Positions 50,400 through 60,181 of a stretch of 64,000 nucleotides of DNA are shown piece by piece. Each line of letters starts with the position of its first letter. Position 1 is the stretch's first letter. The notes below the pieces were generated by a model, which was given only the letters and a program-made list of their open reading frames with translations, ran no database searches and had not been told where the DNA came from. The position numbers and the translations under genes are program-made. Origin of the DNA: a plasmid; the sequence record NZ_CP024444.1. One strand, given 5' to 3'.

Positions 50400-52043
50400 T
50401 TATCTTTCCAAAGTTTTGCATAATGAACAAACGACACCATTGTGTTTATGAGAGTACATCACATCAGGGCGTTCATAATGCTCATTGCAGATCACACAAT
50501 GGTAGAGTGTCGCAACTGGCGCACCTTCAGCATCATATCTTGGTTCACTAATCCCATCATCAGTCGACTTAAGATAATATTTTCCTTTAGTGATAATTGC
50601 CATAATTGGCGTTAAAACAAAACCTACAACCAGAGCAATAATTGGTGAGTACGGAGCTAAAGTGTCACCTAAAAGCCCGAAGAAAGCGGCAATCGATAAT
50701 ATTGCAGATAAACCAAATGCAACCATACCGACAGGGTTAAAATCGTATAACATGCCTCGACGATATTCTGGTAATTTTGGTGAAAGTTTTAGTAGATATT
50801 TATTAATCGCAATATCGGTAGCTACAACTACCACCCAGGCAATTGCAAAATTTGAATAAAATCCTAAAATTTTATTTAAAAAAGCAAACATATCCATTTC
50901 CATCAGTAATAGTGCAATACCAACATTAAATATCAAAAAAATGATGCGGCCTGGATAATGTTTAGTCACCCTTGTGTACGCACTGGTCCAAGATAAAGAA
51001 CCAGAGTAAGCATTTGTCACATTAATTTTAACCTGAGACAAAATAACTAATAATACTGCGAGCACAATTGCTAACTTTCCGTTAATCATATCGCTATACA
51101 TGGCAGTGAATTGATGCACAGGCTCAGTTAATACATTATTAGGCATTGCTTTAGTCATTAAGTAAAATGCTAAGAAAGCCCCCGTGATTTGTTTTAAAGC
51201 ACCTAAAATAACCCAGCCCGGACCTGCAGATAGCATTGCTATCCACCAAGATTTATTATTTTCTTTAGTTTTAGCAGGCATAAAACGTAAGTAATCAATT
51301 TGTTCACCAATTTGCATAATCAATGAAAGACAGACACCTGCACCTAGCATAATCAAAGGTAAACTAAAACCTGTTGTCTTACTATTTCCATTAAATTGAA
51401 ACCATTGATCTATTAGGCCAGGATTTTTCAACACCAAATATACAACGGGTCCCACCATTAAAACTAACCAAAAGGGGGTCGTCCAAACTTGAAGTTTGCT
51501 CAGGGCTTTCATGCCATAAATAACTAACGGAATAATTAACACACTTGAAAGAATATAACCAAGCCATAAAGGGATACCTAAACCAAGCAATAACCCTTGT
51601 GCCATAATCGCCCCTTCAAGCGCGAAAAAAATAAAGGTGAAGCTTGCAAAAATGATACTGGTTATGACTGTGCCATAATAACCAAAGCCTGCACCACGAG
51701 AGATCAAATCCAAATCAATGTTGTAGCGAGCTGCATAGAATGACAAAGGTATACCTGTCAAAAAGATAATAATTGCGGCAAACAAGATGGCGAAAACCGC
51801 ATTGATAGTTCCGTAAGAGATACCAATACTTGCGCCAATGGAGAAATCGGCTAGATATGCAATACCACCAAGTGCAGTAATCGCAACTACTTGGGGCGTC
51901 CATTTACGAAAGCTGTAGGGAGCGTATCTTAAAGTATAATCTTCTAAAGTTTCATTAACTGCTCTTGCAGCATCAGCTTCTTCAGAATGAGTATTTAACT
52001 CATTCAAAGGCCTTATAGTAGACGATGAATTATAATCTTTCAT
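50400..52043 (-). CDS. Polytopic permease with a C-terminal zinc ribbon, adjacent to the formamidase gene (putative amide transporter).
   Basis: It has 12 or more transmembrane helices and a C-terminal YHCVICNEHY...CSLCKTL. It is divergent from fmdA. Confidence 0.45.
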   Translation of the reverse strand: MKDYNSSSTIRPLNELNTHSEEADAARAVNETLEDYTLRYAPYSFRKWTPQVVAITALGGIAYLADFSIGASIGISYGTINAVFAILFAAIIIFLTGIPLSFYAARYNIDLDLISRGAGFGYYGTVITSIIFASFTFIFFALEGAIMAQGLLLGLGIPLWLGYILSSVLIIPLVIYGMKALSKLQVWTTPFWLVLMVGPVVYLVLKNPGLIDQWFQFNGNSKTTGFSLPLIMLGAGVCLSLIMQIGEQIDYLRFMPAKTKENNKSWWIAMLSAGPGWVILGALKQITGAFLAFYLMTKAMPNNVLTEPVHQFTAMYSDMINGKLAIVLAVLLVILSQVKINVTNAYSGSLSWTSAYTRVTKHYPGRIIFLIFNVGIALLLMEMDMFAFLNKILGFYSNFAIAWVVVVATDIAINKYLLKLSPKLPEYRRGMLYDFNPVGMVAFGLSAILSIAAFFGLLGDTLAPYSPIIALVVGFVLTPIMAIITKGKYYLKSTDDGISEPRYDAEGAPVATLYHCVICNEHYERPDVMYSHKHNGVVCSLCKTLER

Positions 52044-52173
52044 TTTATATGCCCTCTCATTAACTATGGTTGATATAGCAAAAAAGAATATTCAAAAATG
52101 ATGCCAATTTTAAGTTGGCATAATTTTTGAATAACGTATTCTGCAAGTTCATCAACAAAGAAAGAGGCACAAA

Positions 52174-53418
52174 ATGACAGAAACACTAATTAAAATTGAT
52201 ATTAACCAATCACCTTATGAAAATGAAAATATCCATAATCGTTGGCACCCAGACATTCCTATGGCTGTAAGTGTTAAACCAGGCGATGATTTTATCGTAG
52301 AATGTTATGAATGGACGGGCGGACAAATTCAGAATAATGACAGTGCTGAAGACGTAAGAGACGTTGATCTTACGAAAGTCCATTTCTTATCTGGTCCAAT
52401 TGAAGTAGAAGGTGCTGAGCCAGGTGATTTGTTAGAAGTTGATATTATGGACATTGGTACATTAGCAGAAAGCCAATGGGGGTTTAATGGATTCTTTTCT
52501 AAAGAAAACGGCGGTGGTTTTCTAACAGAACATTATCCAGAAGCACAAAAATCTATTTGGGATTTTAATGGTATTTATACTAAATCTCGTCATATTCCTG
52601 GTGTTGAATTTGCAGGTATTATTCATCCTGGGTTAATTGGTACTATGCCGTCTCATGAGATGTTAAAAGAGTGGAATGACCGTGAAAAGGAATTATATGA
52701 TACTGATCCTAATCGCGTTCCAGGGTTAGTAAATCTTCCGTTTGCTAAAACTGCTCACATGGGAAAATTGCAGGGTTCAGAGAAAGAATCTGCAGCTGCA
52801 ACGGCAGCTCGTACTGTTCCCCCTCGTGAAAATGGTGGCAACTGTGACATTAAAGATCTTACAAAAGGGGCGAAGATCTATTTTCCGGTTTATGTGAAGG
52901 GCGCAGGCTTATCAGTAGGCGACTTGCACTTTAGCCAAGGTGATGGAGAGATTACCTTTTGCGGTGCAATTGAGATGGCAGGTTGGATTCATTTAAGAGT
53001 TAATTTGGTCAAAAATGGTATGGAAAAATATGCTATTAAAAATCCAATCTTTAAACCAAGTCCCTTAACGCCAAATTACAATGATTATTTGATTTTTGAA
53101 GGTGTTTCTGTTGATGAGCAAGGTAAACAGCATTACCTAGATGTACAAGTTGCTTACCGTCAAGCCGTATTAAATGCCATCGAATACTTGAAGAAATTTG
53201 GTTATAGCGGTGCACAAGCTTATTCTTTATTGGGGTGTGCACCAATTCAAGCACATATTAGTGGCGTAGTGGATGTGCCAAATGCTTGTGCGACGTTATG
53301 GCTACCTACAGAAATATTTGACTTTGATATTAATCCTGGTGCGAATAAACCTGAGAAAAATCCAAAAGATATTTCTGATCTACCGTTAGCAATAAATCCG
53401 CCACAAATTAAATCATAA
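52174..53418 (+). CDS. fmdA: Formamidase/acetamidase of the FmdA_AmdA family.
   Basis: Its length of about 410 aa and N-terminal block KIDINQSPYENENIHNRWHPDIP are characteristic of the family. Confidence 0.7.
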   Translation: MTETLIKIDINQSPYENENIHNRWHPDIPMAVSVKPGDDFIVECYEWTGGQIQNNDSAEDVRDVDLTKVHFLSGPIEVEGAEPGDLLEVDIMDIGTLAESQWGFNGFFSKENGGGFLTEHYPEAQKSIWDFNGIYTKSRHIPGVEFAGIIHPGLIGTMPSHEMLKEWNDREKELYDTDPNRVPGLVNLPFAKTAHMGKLQGSEKESAAATAARTVPPRENGGNCDIKDLTKGAKIYFPVYVKGAGLSVGDLHFSQGDGEITFCGAIEMAGWIHLRVNLVKNGMEKYAIKNPIFKPSPLTPNYNDYLIFEGVSVDEQGKQHYLDVQVAYRQAVLNAIEYLKKFGYSGAQAYSLLGCAPIQAHISGVVDVPNACATLWLPTEIFDFDINPGANKPEKNPKDISDLPLAINPPQIKS

Positions 53419-53573
53419 ACTTATAAGCTAATGCTATGAGTATTAAATAAAATTTATATTTCCTTATTATGCTATTTAATAAATATTATTGAATAGCATT
53501 CTTTTTCGAATGATTAGTAATATTAATTTAGATCTTTTGCTATTAATAATATTATTTTGAAAGGTAATTTATC

Positions 53574-53894
53574 ATGCCGGTATATGATTATAAATGTCCA
53601 AAACATGGAATATTTCACGAACTTGGTGAAATAAAGTTAGCAGGTACACCAAAACAGTGCCCTAAATGCCAAACCACGAGTCCTCAAATAATTATGATGC
53701 CCCCTGTGTACCTAGATATGGATGCGGATAAGAAAAAAGCCTGTGCATGTAATGAACGAGCTCAGCATGCTCCTTTAAAAAGCTCACAGCTTCTCAGACC
53801 TGATTCGTCAATGAGTAAAAGTAAAAATACTTTAATTCACCCGGATGGAACCAAAACAATTCCAAACCAAAGGCCTTGGATGATTAGTCATTAG
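53574..53894 (+). CDS. fmdB: FmdB-family zinc-ribbon putative regulatory protein.
   Basis: MPVYDYKCPKHG...CPKCQ is the FmdB-type zinc ribbon, and the gene lies downstream of fmdA. Confidence 0.6.
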   Translation: MPVYDYKCPKHGIFHELGEIKLAGTPKQCPKCQTTSPQIIMMPPVYLDMDADKKKACACNERAQHAPLKSSQLLRPDSSMSKSKNTLIHPDGTKTIPNQRPWMISH

Positions 53895-54146
53895 TAAAAT
53901 GAACCATGCATATAGGGCGGTAAGTACATTTGTCGAATATTTTTAAGTATCTTTTACTTGTCTAAAAAACGAAGGTTTTTTGGACAATTTTTTTACCCTC
54001 AAAAAACGACCGCTTTTCTATAGTTTGTTGAATAAAAACCCGTCTAAAAAACAACGTTAAAATAACCCTCTAGAAATTGCTTTTTATATAGTTCTGGCTC
54101 ATACTAACCTTATACTTTTTGTTCTCACTGTCAAACAGGAGAAGTT

Positions 54147-54416
54147 ATGTTAGATATATTAACGGTGAGCAACCACTACCCAGATCGGCCGAATGTCCTT
54201 GTGCTGACTGATAGTCTATTGGCAGAGCTTAATCTGGCCAACAATACAAAGTTGTCTATCGTGAAGCACGATAATGGAGTTATTGAACTTGTGCCTGTGT
54301 CCGAACACAGCAAAGGTGATATTCGCCGTCTCAAAGGGTTGGTGAAAACTAACATAACCGCCAGTATCGATGAGATGAATGACGGCATTGCAATGGGTGC
54401 GATTCATGGAGAGTAG
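54147..54416 (+). CDS. vapB: VapB-type antitoxin with an AbrB/SpoVT-like domain.
   Basis: It is a small protein that overlaps the PIN toxin gene by 11 nt. Confidence 0.6.
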   Translation: MLDILTVSNHYPDRPNVLVLTDSLLAELNLANNTKLSIVKHDNGVIELVPVSEHSKGDIRRLKGLVKTNITASIDEMNDGIAMGAIHGE

Positions 54417-54819
54417 TGCTGAGCTTATTGGTATTGATACCAACGTACTGGCTCGTTATCTTGTTCAGGATGATCAAGAACAAGCTGAGCAAGCCAGTGC
54501 ATTTCTTGAAAGCCTAAATGCGCATAAAAAGGGCTATATCTCCGTCATTGTGTTGATAGAGCTGATTTGGTTACTAAGACGTGTCTATAACCAATCTCGC
54601 AGTCAAGTGGCGATGATCTTGGATGAGTTATTGGCGATTGATACATTGGTGTTTGAACATCAGGCATTGGTGTTACAAGCACTGGCTATTTATCACACCA
54701 TGTCATCAGATTTTTCTGATCTTCTAATTCACAAGATTAATCAACAACAAGGTTGTGTGTATACGGTCACCTTTGATAAAGGGGCGGTCAATAAAGCAGG
54801 TATGACCAAATTACAATAG
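54406..54819 (+). CDS. vapC: VapC PIN-domain toxin.
   Basis: IGIDTNVLARYL provides the first PIN Asp, and the size fits VapC. Confidence 0.65.
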   Translation: MESSAELIGIDTNVLARYLVQDDQEQAEQASAFLESLNAHKKGYISVIVLIELIWLLRRVYNQSRSQVAMILDELLAIDTLVFEHQALVLQALAIYHTMSSDFSDLLIHKINQQQGCVYTVTFDKGAVNKAGMTKLQ

Positions 54820-54835
54820 GATTAATCTCAGCTAT

Positions 54836-55402
54836 ATGAAAATCGGTTACGCTCGAACATCCACCATTGACCAAAACTTAGATTTGCAACTTGATGCACT
54901 CACCCAAGCAGGCTGTGAGAAGGTCTATCAAGAAAAAATATCCTCTGTTAACGATCATCGATCTGAACTAGAGAACTGCCTTAAGGCCTTGCGTGAAGGC
55001 GATACATTATATATTTGGCGGCTAGACCGCTTGGGCCGTAGCCTAAAAGAATTAATCAGTCTGGTTAATCAGCTACAAGAGATGGGCTGTGAGTTGGTAT
55101 CGATTAAAGAGAATATCGATACCAGTACACCAACTGGTAAGCTTGCCTTTCATTTATTTGCGTCATTGGCAGAGTTTGAACGTGAACTGATTCGAGAACG
55201 TACTCAAGCAGGGATATTGTCAGCAAGAGCTAGAGGGCGTATGGGCGGACGGCCTCAGAAACTTACCGATACAGAGAAAGTCATGATTCGTCAGCTGATG
55301 AGTGACCGAAGTAACTCACCAACTGACATTGCCAAACGCTTTGGGGTGAGTCGGGCAACGGTTTATAGTGTGACTAAAGAAGTTGAAATGGCTAAGTCTT
55401 AA
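54836..55402 (+). CDS. Serine recombinase (resolvase/invertase family).
   Basis: It has MKIGYARTSTIDQ with the catalytic Ser, a resolvase core and a C-terminal HTH. Confidence 0.8.
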   Translation: MKIGYARTSTIDQNLDLQLDALTQAGCEKVYQEKISSVNDHRSELENCLKALREGDTLYIWRLDRLGRSLKELISLVNQLQEMGCELVSIKENIDTSTPTGKLAFHLFASLAEFERELIRERTQAGILSARARGRMGGRPQKLTDTEKVMIRQLMSDRSNSPTDIAKRFGVSRATVYSVTKEVEMAKS

Positions 55403-55549
55403 TTCTGAACAAATAGGTAAACAATTTATCGAGTGAACCTTTGAGCGTTTTTTAAAAAGATTGGCTACAGGTAAAGTTGTCCTTATCATGGACAGAACCA
55501 ACTGACAATTTAGCAAACATGATATCAATATCCTCATGCTTTCCATTGT

Positions 55550-56025
55550 TCACAGATCTGCTTTTTTTTGATCATCAAACCCAGACTTAAATTTTTTGTA
55601 CTCAATTTCCACCCATTGATTGACGAGTAGTTTGATCGACATTCGATTTACTTTAGCCATCTCTTCTAGATATGGCATTTTTTTTTGTAGAATCTCAACC
55701 GTTCGGTCTTCCAAAGTTCTTTTTCTAGATTCTCTGTTCTTACCAACAGCCACCCGATTCTTATATTTATCGATATAATGCTGTCGATTCTGCTTGAAAA
55801 TTTCTGGAATGGTCTTCTCGGCAAAAGTCATTTCAAGTTCAATATTTGGAAAACTCATATCTGAATATTGTTCAATTTGGTGCAGGTAGTTTTCATCATA
55901 AAAAAATGGATTATGGTAAAGGTCTCGATTGAAGTTTATTTGATCATCTACAAAAATTATAATGCCCTTATTGATATAAACTGTATATGTTCCCTCAAGT
56001 AAACAGATGCTCGTAGTATAATACT
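55550..56025 (-). pseudogene. Hypothetical gene whose 5' end is replaced by the IS3 copy 3 left end.
   Basis: The tracked ORF (to 56101) begins inside the IS, so the first 25 codons are IS-derived. Confidence 0.4.
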
Positions 56026-56094
56026 CCCCGAAAACTAGACCAAAAAATTGTAGCAAATAAGATAGAATAGCCCTTAAGAAAAGAGGTCTATCTA

Positions 56095-56385
56095 ATGACA
56101 AAAGTTCGTAAACGTCACAATGCTGAATTTAAAAGCAAAGTTGCTGTTGAAGCAATTAAAGAGCAAAAAACGATCAATGAGCTGACTGCTGAATACGGTG
56201 TTCATGCAACCCAAATCAGCAACTGGAAAAAGCAAGCCTTGGCTGTTATACCAAGTGCCTTTAACACCAAACAGCACGACAACGAACAAGCCCAGCAAGC
56301 TATTATTGATGAACTGCATCGGCAGCTTGGGCAAGTCATTAGCGAGAGGGACTGGCTTAAAAAAAAGTCCTCACAGCTCACTTAG
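56095..56385 (+). CDS. IS3-family OrfA, copy 3.
   Basis: It is nearly identical to the OrfA of copies 1 and 2. Confidence 0.75.
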   Translation: MTKVRKRHNAEFKSKVAVEAIKEQKTINELTAEYGVHATQISNWKKQALAVIPSAFNTKQHDNEQAQQAIIDELHRQLGQVISERDWLKKKSSQLT

Positions 56386-56513
56386 AGTCTCGTAAACAAC
56401 TGCTAGAACCTGACAATAAGGATTTCAGTACCCGTAAACAATGCGAACTGCTCGGTATTAACCGCTCAAGCCTGTACTATCAGCCAAAGCCCATCAGTAA
56501 GCTTGATATCACC

Positions 56514-57256
56514 TTGATGAACTTGCTTGACGAACAATATACCAAAGCCCCATTTTACGGGGTTAAACGCATGACAGCGTATTTGAGACAATTAGGCTAT
56601 CAAGTGGGAGAAAAACGAGTTAGGCGACTGCTACGGCAAATGGGGCTAGATGCCATCTACCAGCATCCTAACACGAGTAAGCCGAATCCCGAGCATCAAG
56701 TTTACCCGTATTTGCTTAGAAATGTACCCATCACCCGCTGTAACCAAGTGTGGAGTACCGATATCACATACATTCGCCTGTCTAAAGGGTTTGTGTATTT
56801 GATGGCGGTGATTGATTGGTACAGCCGTTATGTTTTAGGTTGGTCGCTATCTACCACGCTTGAGGCAGATTTCTGCATTGATACGGTGGGTAAATTACTG
56901 CACAATGGGTTACGCTGTGAGATTTTTAATACCGACCAAGGTTCGCAGTTTACCAGTCCAAGATTTACCACGCCACTCATTGATTCGGGCATTGCTGTAA
57001 GCATGGACGGTCGTGGCAGGGCGTTGGATAATCTCAAGTAGAAAGACTGTGGCGATCAGTAAAGTACGAATGCGTGTATTTACGCCAGTTTGATACGGTC
57101 AGTCAAGCCAGAGTTGGTTTGAAAGACTATTTTGAGTTTTACAATTATGAGCGGTTGCATCAGTCGCTTGATTACCATACCCCTGCACAGGTTTATTTAA
57201 ACAATAGTTCGGTTAATCCTGTGATTTATCAACCCAATTCTATCTTAATTTTGTGA
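56514..57256 (+). pseudogene. IS3-family OrfB, copy 3, interrupted by a stop codon.
   Basis: It is split into two ORFs, 56514-57041 and 57074-57256. Confidence 0.7.
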
Positions 57257-57265
57257 TTATTTGGT

Positions 57266-58060
57266 CTAGACATTGGGGAGTACCTTATTCTTGGCAATCC
57301 AAAGACCGAGCAATTCTTTACGCCCTTCAGTATTAATGCCAAGCGCAAGGTAAACACATTTATTATGAGCAATACCTTCTTCTCGATTTTTAACCACCAA
57401 TCCGTCAAGATAGACGACAGGGTAAATCGGTTCAAGTGGACGCTGTTGCCATTGTTTGACTTCATCCAGTACGCTGTCGGTGACGGTGGAGATAAAGGTA
57501 GATGAAACGTCAACGCCATAGATTTCTTTTAAATGCGCTTGAATGTCACGGGTGCTCATGCCTCGGGAATATAGGGAGATGACCTTATCATCAAAGCCGT
57601 TTAGGGTGCGTTCATGCTTTTTAACAAATTGTGGCTCGAAGCTGCCTGCTCGATCCCTTGGTACGTCAAGTTCTATTTTACCAAAGTCAGTACGGATGGT
57701 TTTTTTAGTGGTGCCGTTACGGGCATTGCTATTCTTACGAGCGGGTTTGCCTGCAAGTGATACGGTTTCTTCGCTTATGGTACTAGGCTGGATAGTTTCT
57801 TCTTCAGCTGATGGCTGTTCGTCCTCAAGCCAATCATTTTTAGGTTCATGATTGATGAAGTCATCAAGCGTTTCTTTATTAGCTTTGCTTTGGTAGTCGT
57901 GTTTGGCGTAGCCAAGATGATGGGTCATTTCGGCTTGTAAGGCTCGTTCGGCAAGTCGTTTAGTGAGTTGTTTTAAGATACCGTTTTCACCCAAGATTTG
58001 TTCGGGTGTTTGGTAGTCTTTTAAGAGTTCGTCAAGCAAAACTTCTGTTGATTCTTTCAT
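57266..58060 (-). pseudogene. IS256-family transposase, N-terminal fragment.
   Basis: It ends ...LGLWIAKN and is then read through into the IS3 end, giving KVLPNV*. Confidence 0.8.
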
Positions 58061-58153
58061 GTAAATATTCCTGTGTAAGTCCTGGTGTTAAAATTGGGTT
58101 TACACAAAATATTTTACAGTCTCCAATCGCCTAAAATAATTAGCCTTAAATAT

Positions 58154-58184
58154 AAAAACCCAATTTCATATTGGGTTTTTTTTT
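58154..58184 (+). terminator. Rho-independent terminator-like hairpin.
   Basis: The hairpin aaaaacccaat-ttcat-attgggttttttttt was read from the sequence. Confidence 0.45.
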
Positions 58185-58321
58185 GGGGAAATTTAATCAG
58201 TATTTACATCATGCCGTGCGCAAAATATGACAGCATCGGACAATGTAGGATAAAATAATATTTTGTCGGAAAAACTGAAATATCGTGCTTTTTATATAGT
58301 ATAATTTCTTTAAGTAGTATA

Positions 58322-59575
58322 GAGACCTTTGCACGAAACAGCCCCTTTGCTCGAGGCATACCACCAAACCGAAAAAAAACAAAGAATGGCAATGAAATAA
58401 GCAAAACAATGGCTAAATCATGGATAAAATCTCCAAATGGTTGTTAAATTTGTGTCTATTGGCTGAGCTTACTAACCAACAGACACAATAACCCTAGGCG
58501 AGTCCGTATTTTCGTTTCAAGCTTAGGGCAGTTTTTAAATTATGCACCATGCTTGCAAGCAAAGTGCTGGTATGAAATTGCATTAACCCTAAATGACGAG
58601 CTTTGCTCATCCCATAATGCAGTTTAAAATGTCCAAAGACCCGCTCAACGGTGTTTCTAGTTTGGCTCTTTTGGGTATTATTGCGTTTTTGCTGTTCGGT
58701 TAAGGGTGTATTGCGCCATGCTCTATCATGAATATGATTTTTTATCGGTGGTTCATGCTCGGCAAGGTAGTCATCATGGGCTTGGCTTTTATACGCACTG
58801 TCAGCATACACGGCTGATTCATCATCTGTTAACAGCATGGTAAAACATTGGGAATCATGGACATTGGCAGGGGTAGTTTCAACCTTTTTGACAAAGCTGT
58901 CTTCATCACAGTTGAGATGAATTTTAAAGCCGTAGGTGGTTTTTACTTTACCTGTACTGTCTTTTTTACTGACATAGGCGGCTTCGTTATCTTGGGTATT
59001 GTCGGTGTGTTTGCCTTTCTTAGGTCGTTTGTTTTTAGCTTCAACGATACTGGCATCGATGATGCTGACATTGCCCGCTTTGATAAAAATGTTTTGTTGG
59101 GCTAGTTGCTCATTGATTTGGTTGAACAATGGTTCAATCAGTCTAAGCTCACCTAGGTGTTTGTGGTATCGCCAAATGGTGCTATGGTCGGGTACATCAT
59201 CCGTTAATGATAGGCCAACAAAGCGACGAAATAGTAAGTCTCGTGCCAGTTGTTTTTCCATGGCTGGATCCGATAGGTTATAGAGTTTTTGTAAGAGTAA
59301 TACTTTAAACATGATGACAGGGTGAAAGGCAGATTCCCCACGCTCACTGCTATGAACGTGGCGTAAGGTTTGCTCGATAGTTTGCCAGTCAATTAGGTTG
59401 TGTAGTTCATCTAATTCTTCGATGGCTTTGTGAGCGTTAATGAGACTGTCTGCTAGGGAGAGTTGCCCTGTTTGTTTCCATGCCATAGTCGTGTCTTTTG
59501 CTAGGTGATTGATTTTATTGTATTATACCAATTTAATGAACTTTTGTGTGTTTATTCGTGCAAAGGTTTCGTATA
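58322..59575 (-). mobile_element. IS5-family (IS5 group) insertion sequence of about 1.25 kb with an intact transposase gene at 58494-59486.
   Basis: It has inverted repeats ACCTTTGCACGAA at both ends. The transposase has an IS5 DDE core (about 330 aa). Confidence 0.7.
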
Positions 59576-59594
59576 TTTTTTATGCTACTTATCT

Positions 59595-59620
59595 TAATTA
59601 ATTTATAGCGAATAAATAGG
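59595..59620 (+). promoter_or_regulatory. Motif copy TTAATTAATTTATAGCGAATAAATAGG before the ATG at 59629.
   Basis: The sequence matches the recurring motif on the far side of the IS insertions. Confidence 0.6.
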
Positions 59621-59628
59621 TAAACTGT

Positions 59629-59856
59629 ATGATGCAAGACGAATATGAAAAAATTTCTTTGCGTGTCCCAAAGCAATTAAAAGCATGGGCAAATGATATT
59701 GCAGATGAAAACTGTCAAACGCTTTCAGGCTATATCATGAAGTTACTTCTTGAAGAAAGAAAACGGCTTGAGCAAAAAAGAATCGAACAACAACGTGCAC
59801 AACAGCTGCGGACGTTCGCCACTTTTGAAGAACAAAACCATTGCTTGCGCAGCTAG
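59629..59856 (+). CDS. Ribbon-helix-helix (CopG/Arc-type) DNA-binding protein.
   Basis: KISLRVPKQLKAWANDIA forms the RHH beta-strand and helix. Confidence 0.55.
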   Translation: MMQDEYEKISLRVPKQLKAWANDIADENCQTLSGYIMKLLLEERKRLEQKRIEQQRAQQLRTFATFEEQNHCLRS

Positions 59857-60125
59857 ATAAACATAAGGTCGGTATTATGATAAATGATGTATCTTCTGAA
59901 CAAGAAAAATTGCTTGGACAACTGGTAGACGACTTTGCAGAAAAAATGAAAGCAAAGTTGGTTGAAAAAAGCAGGCAAGGTTGGAACGGCTGGCAAAATT
60001 GTGCTCTTGAAGACTTAAAACAGGGCCTTGCTGACAATCTTGCCCAAGAAGATTATTTGGATGTAGCAAACTATGCATTATTGCTAAATAAGCGAGCCCC
60101 AATGTCTGTGCTATCACAAAGTTAG
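59841..60125 (+). CDS. Hypothetical small protein that overlaps the upstream RHH gene.
   Basis: It is an ORF with a 16-nt overlap. Confidence 0.35.
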   Translation: MLAQLDKHKVGIMINDVSSEQEKLLGQLVDDFAEKMKAKLVEKSRQGWNGWQNCALEDLKQGLADNLAQEDYLDVANYALLLNKRAPMSVLSQS

Positions 60126-60181
60126 CCGGAATTTAGCAGTGACATCCCCCATTTAATCAAAAACGCGCAAAATAATATTTT

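Larger units (their letters stand above)
56026..57286 (+). mobile_element. IS3-family insertion sequence, copy 3, 1261 bp, with orfB inactivated by an in-frame TAG.
   Basis: Its ends are the same as the other copies. orfB is broken at 57039-57041 (LDNLK* instead of LDNIFVERLW). ATTC follows at 57287-57290 and matches the ATTC at 31260-31263. Confidence 0.8.
30589..58124 (-). mobile_element. IS256-family element of about 1.5 kb whose transposase gene is split by a 26-kb IS3-bounded composite insertion.
   Basis: The inverted repeats GGAGATTGCAAGAATTTTTGTGTAAACC (30589-) and GGAGACTGTAAAATATTTTGTGTAAACC (reverse complement, ending 58124) match. The transposase N-terminus (57266-58060) and C-terminus (30669-31262) fragments rejoin as ...LGLWIAKN|EGAKFWVSVMNELKNRGV. 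Confidence 0.75.

Noticed and set aside
31264-57286. Three near-identical 1.27-kb repeats considered as a possible CRISPR or segmental duplication.
   Set aside because: They are complete IS3-family elements with orfA/orfB and terminal inverted repeats, not CRISPR repeats. No short repeat-spacer arrays were seen anywhere.
58204-58409. Two small minus-strand ORFs between IS256 and IS5.
   Set aside because: Their starts fall inside the IS5 terminal repeat. The region is AT-rich and noncoding and contains a terminator hairpin.
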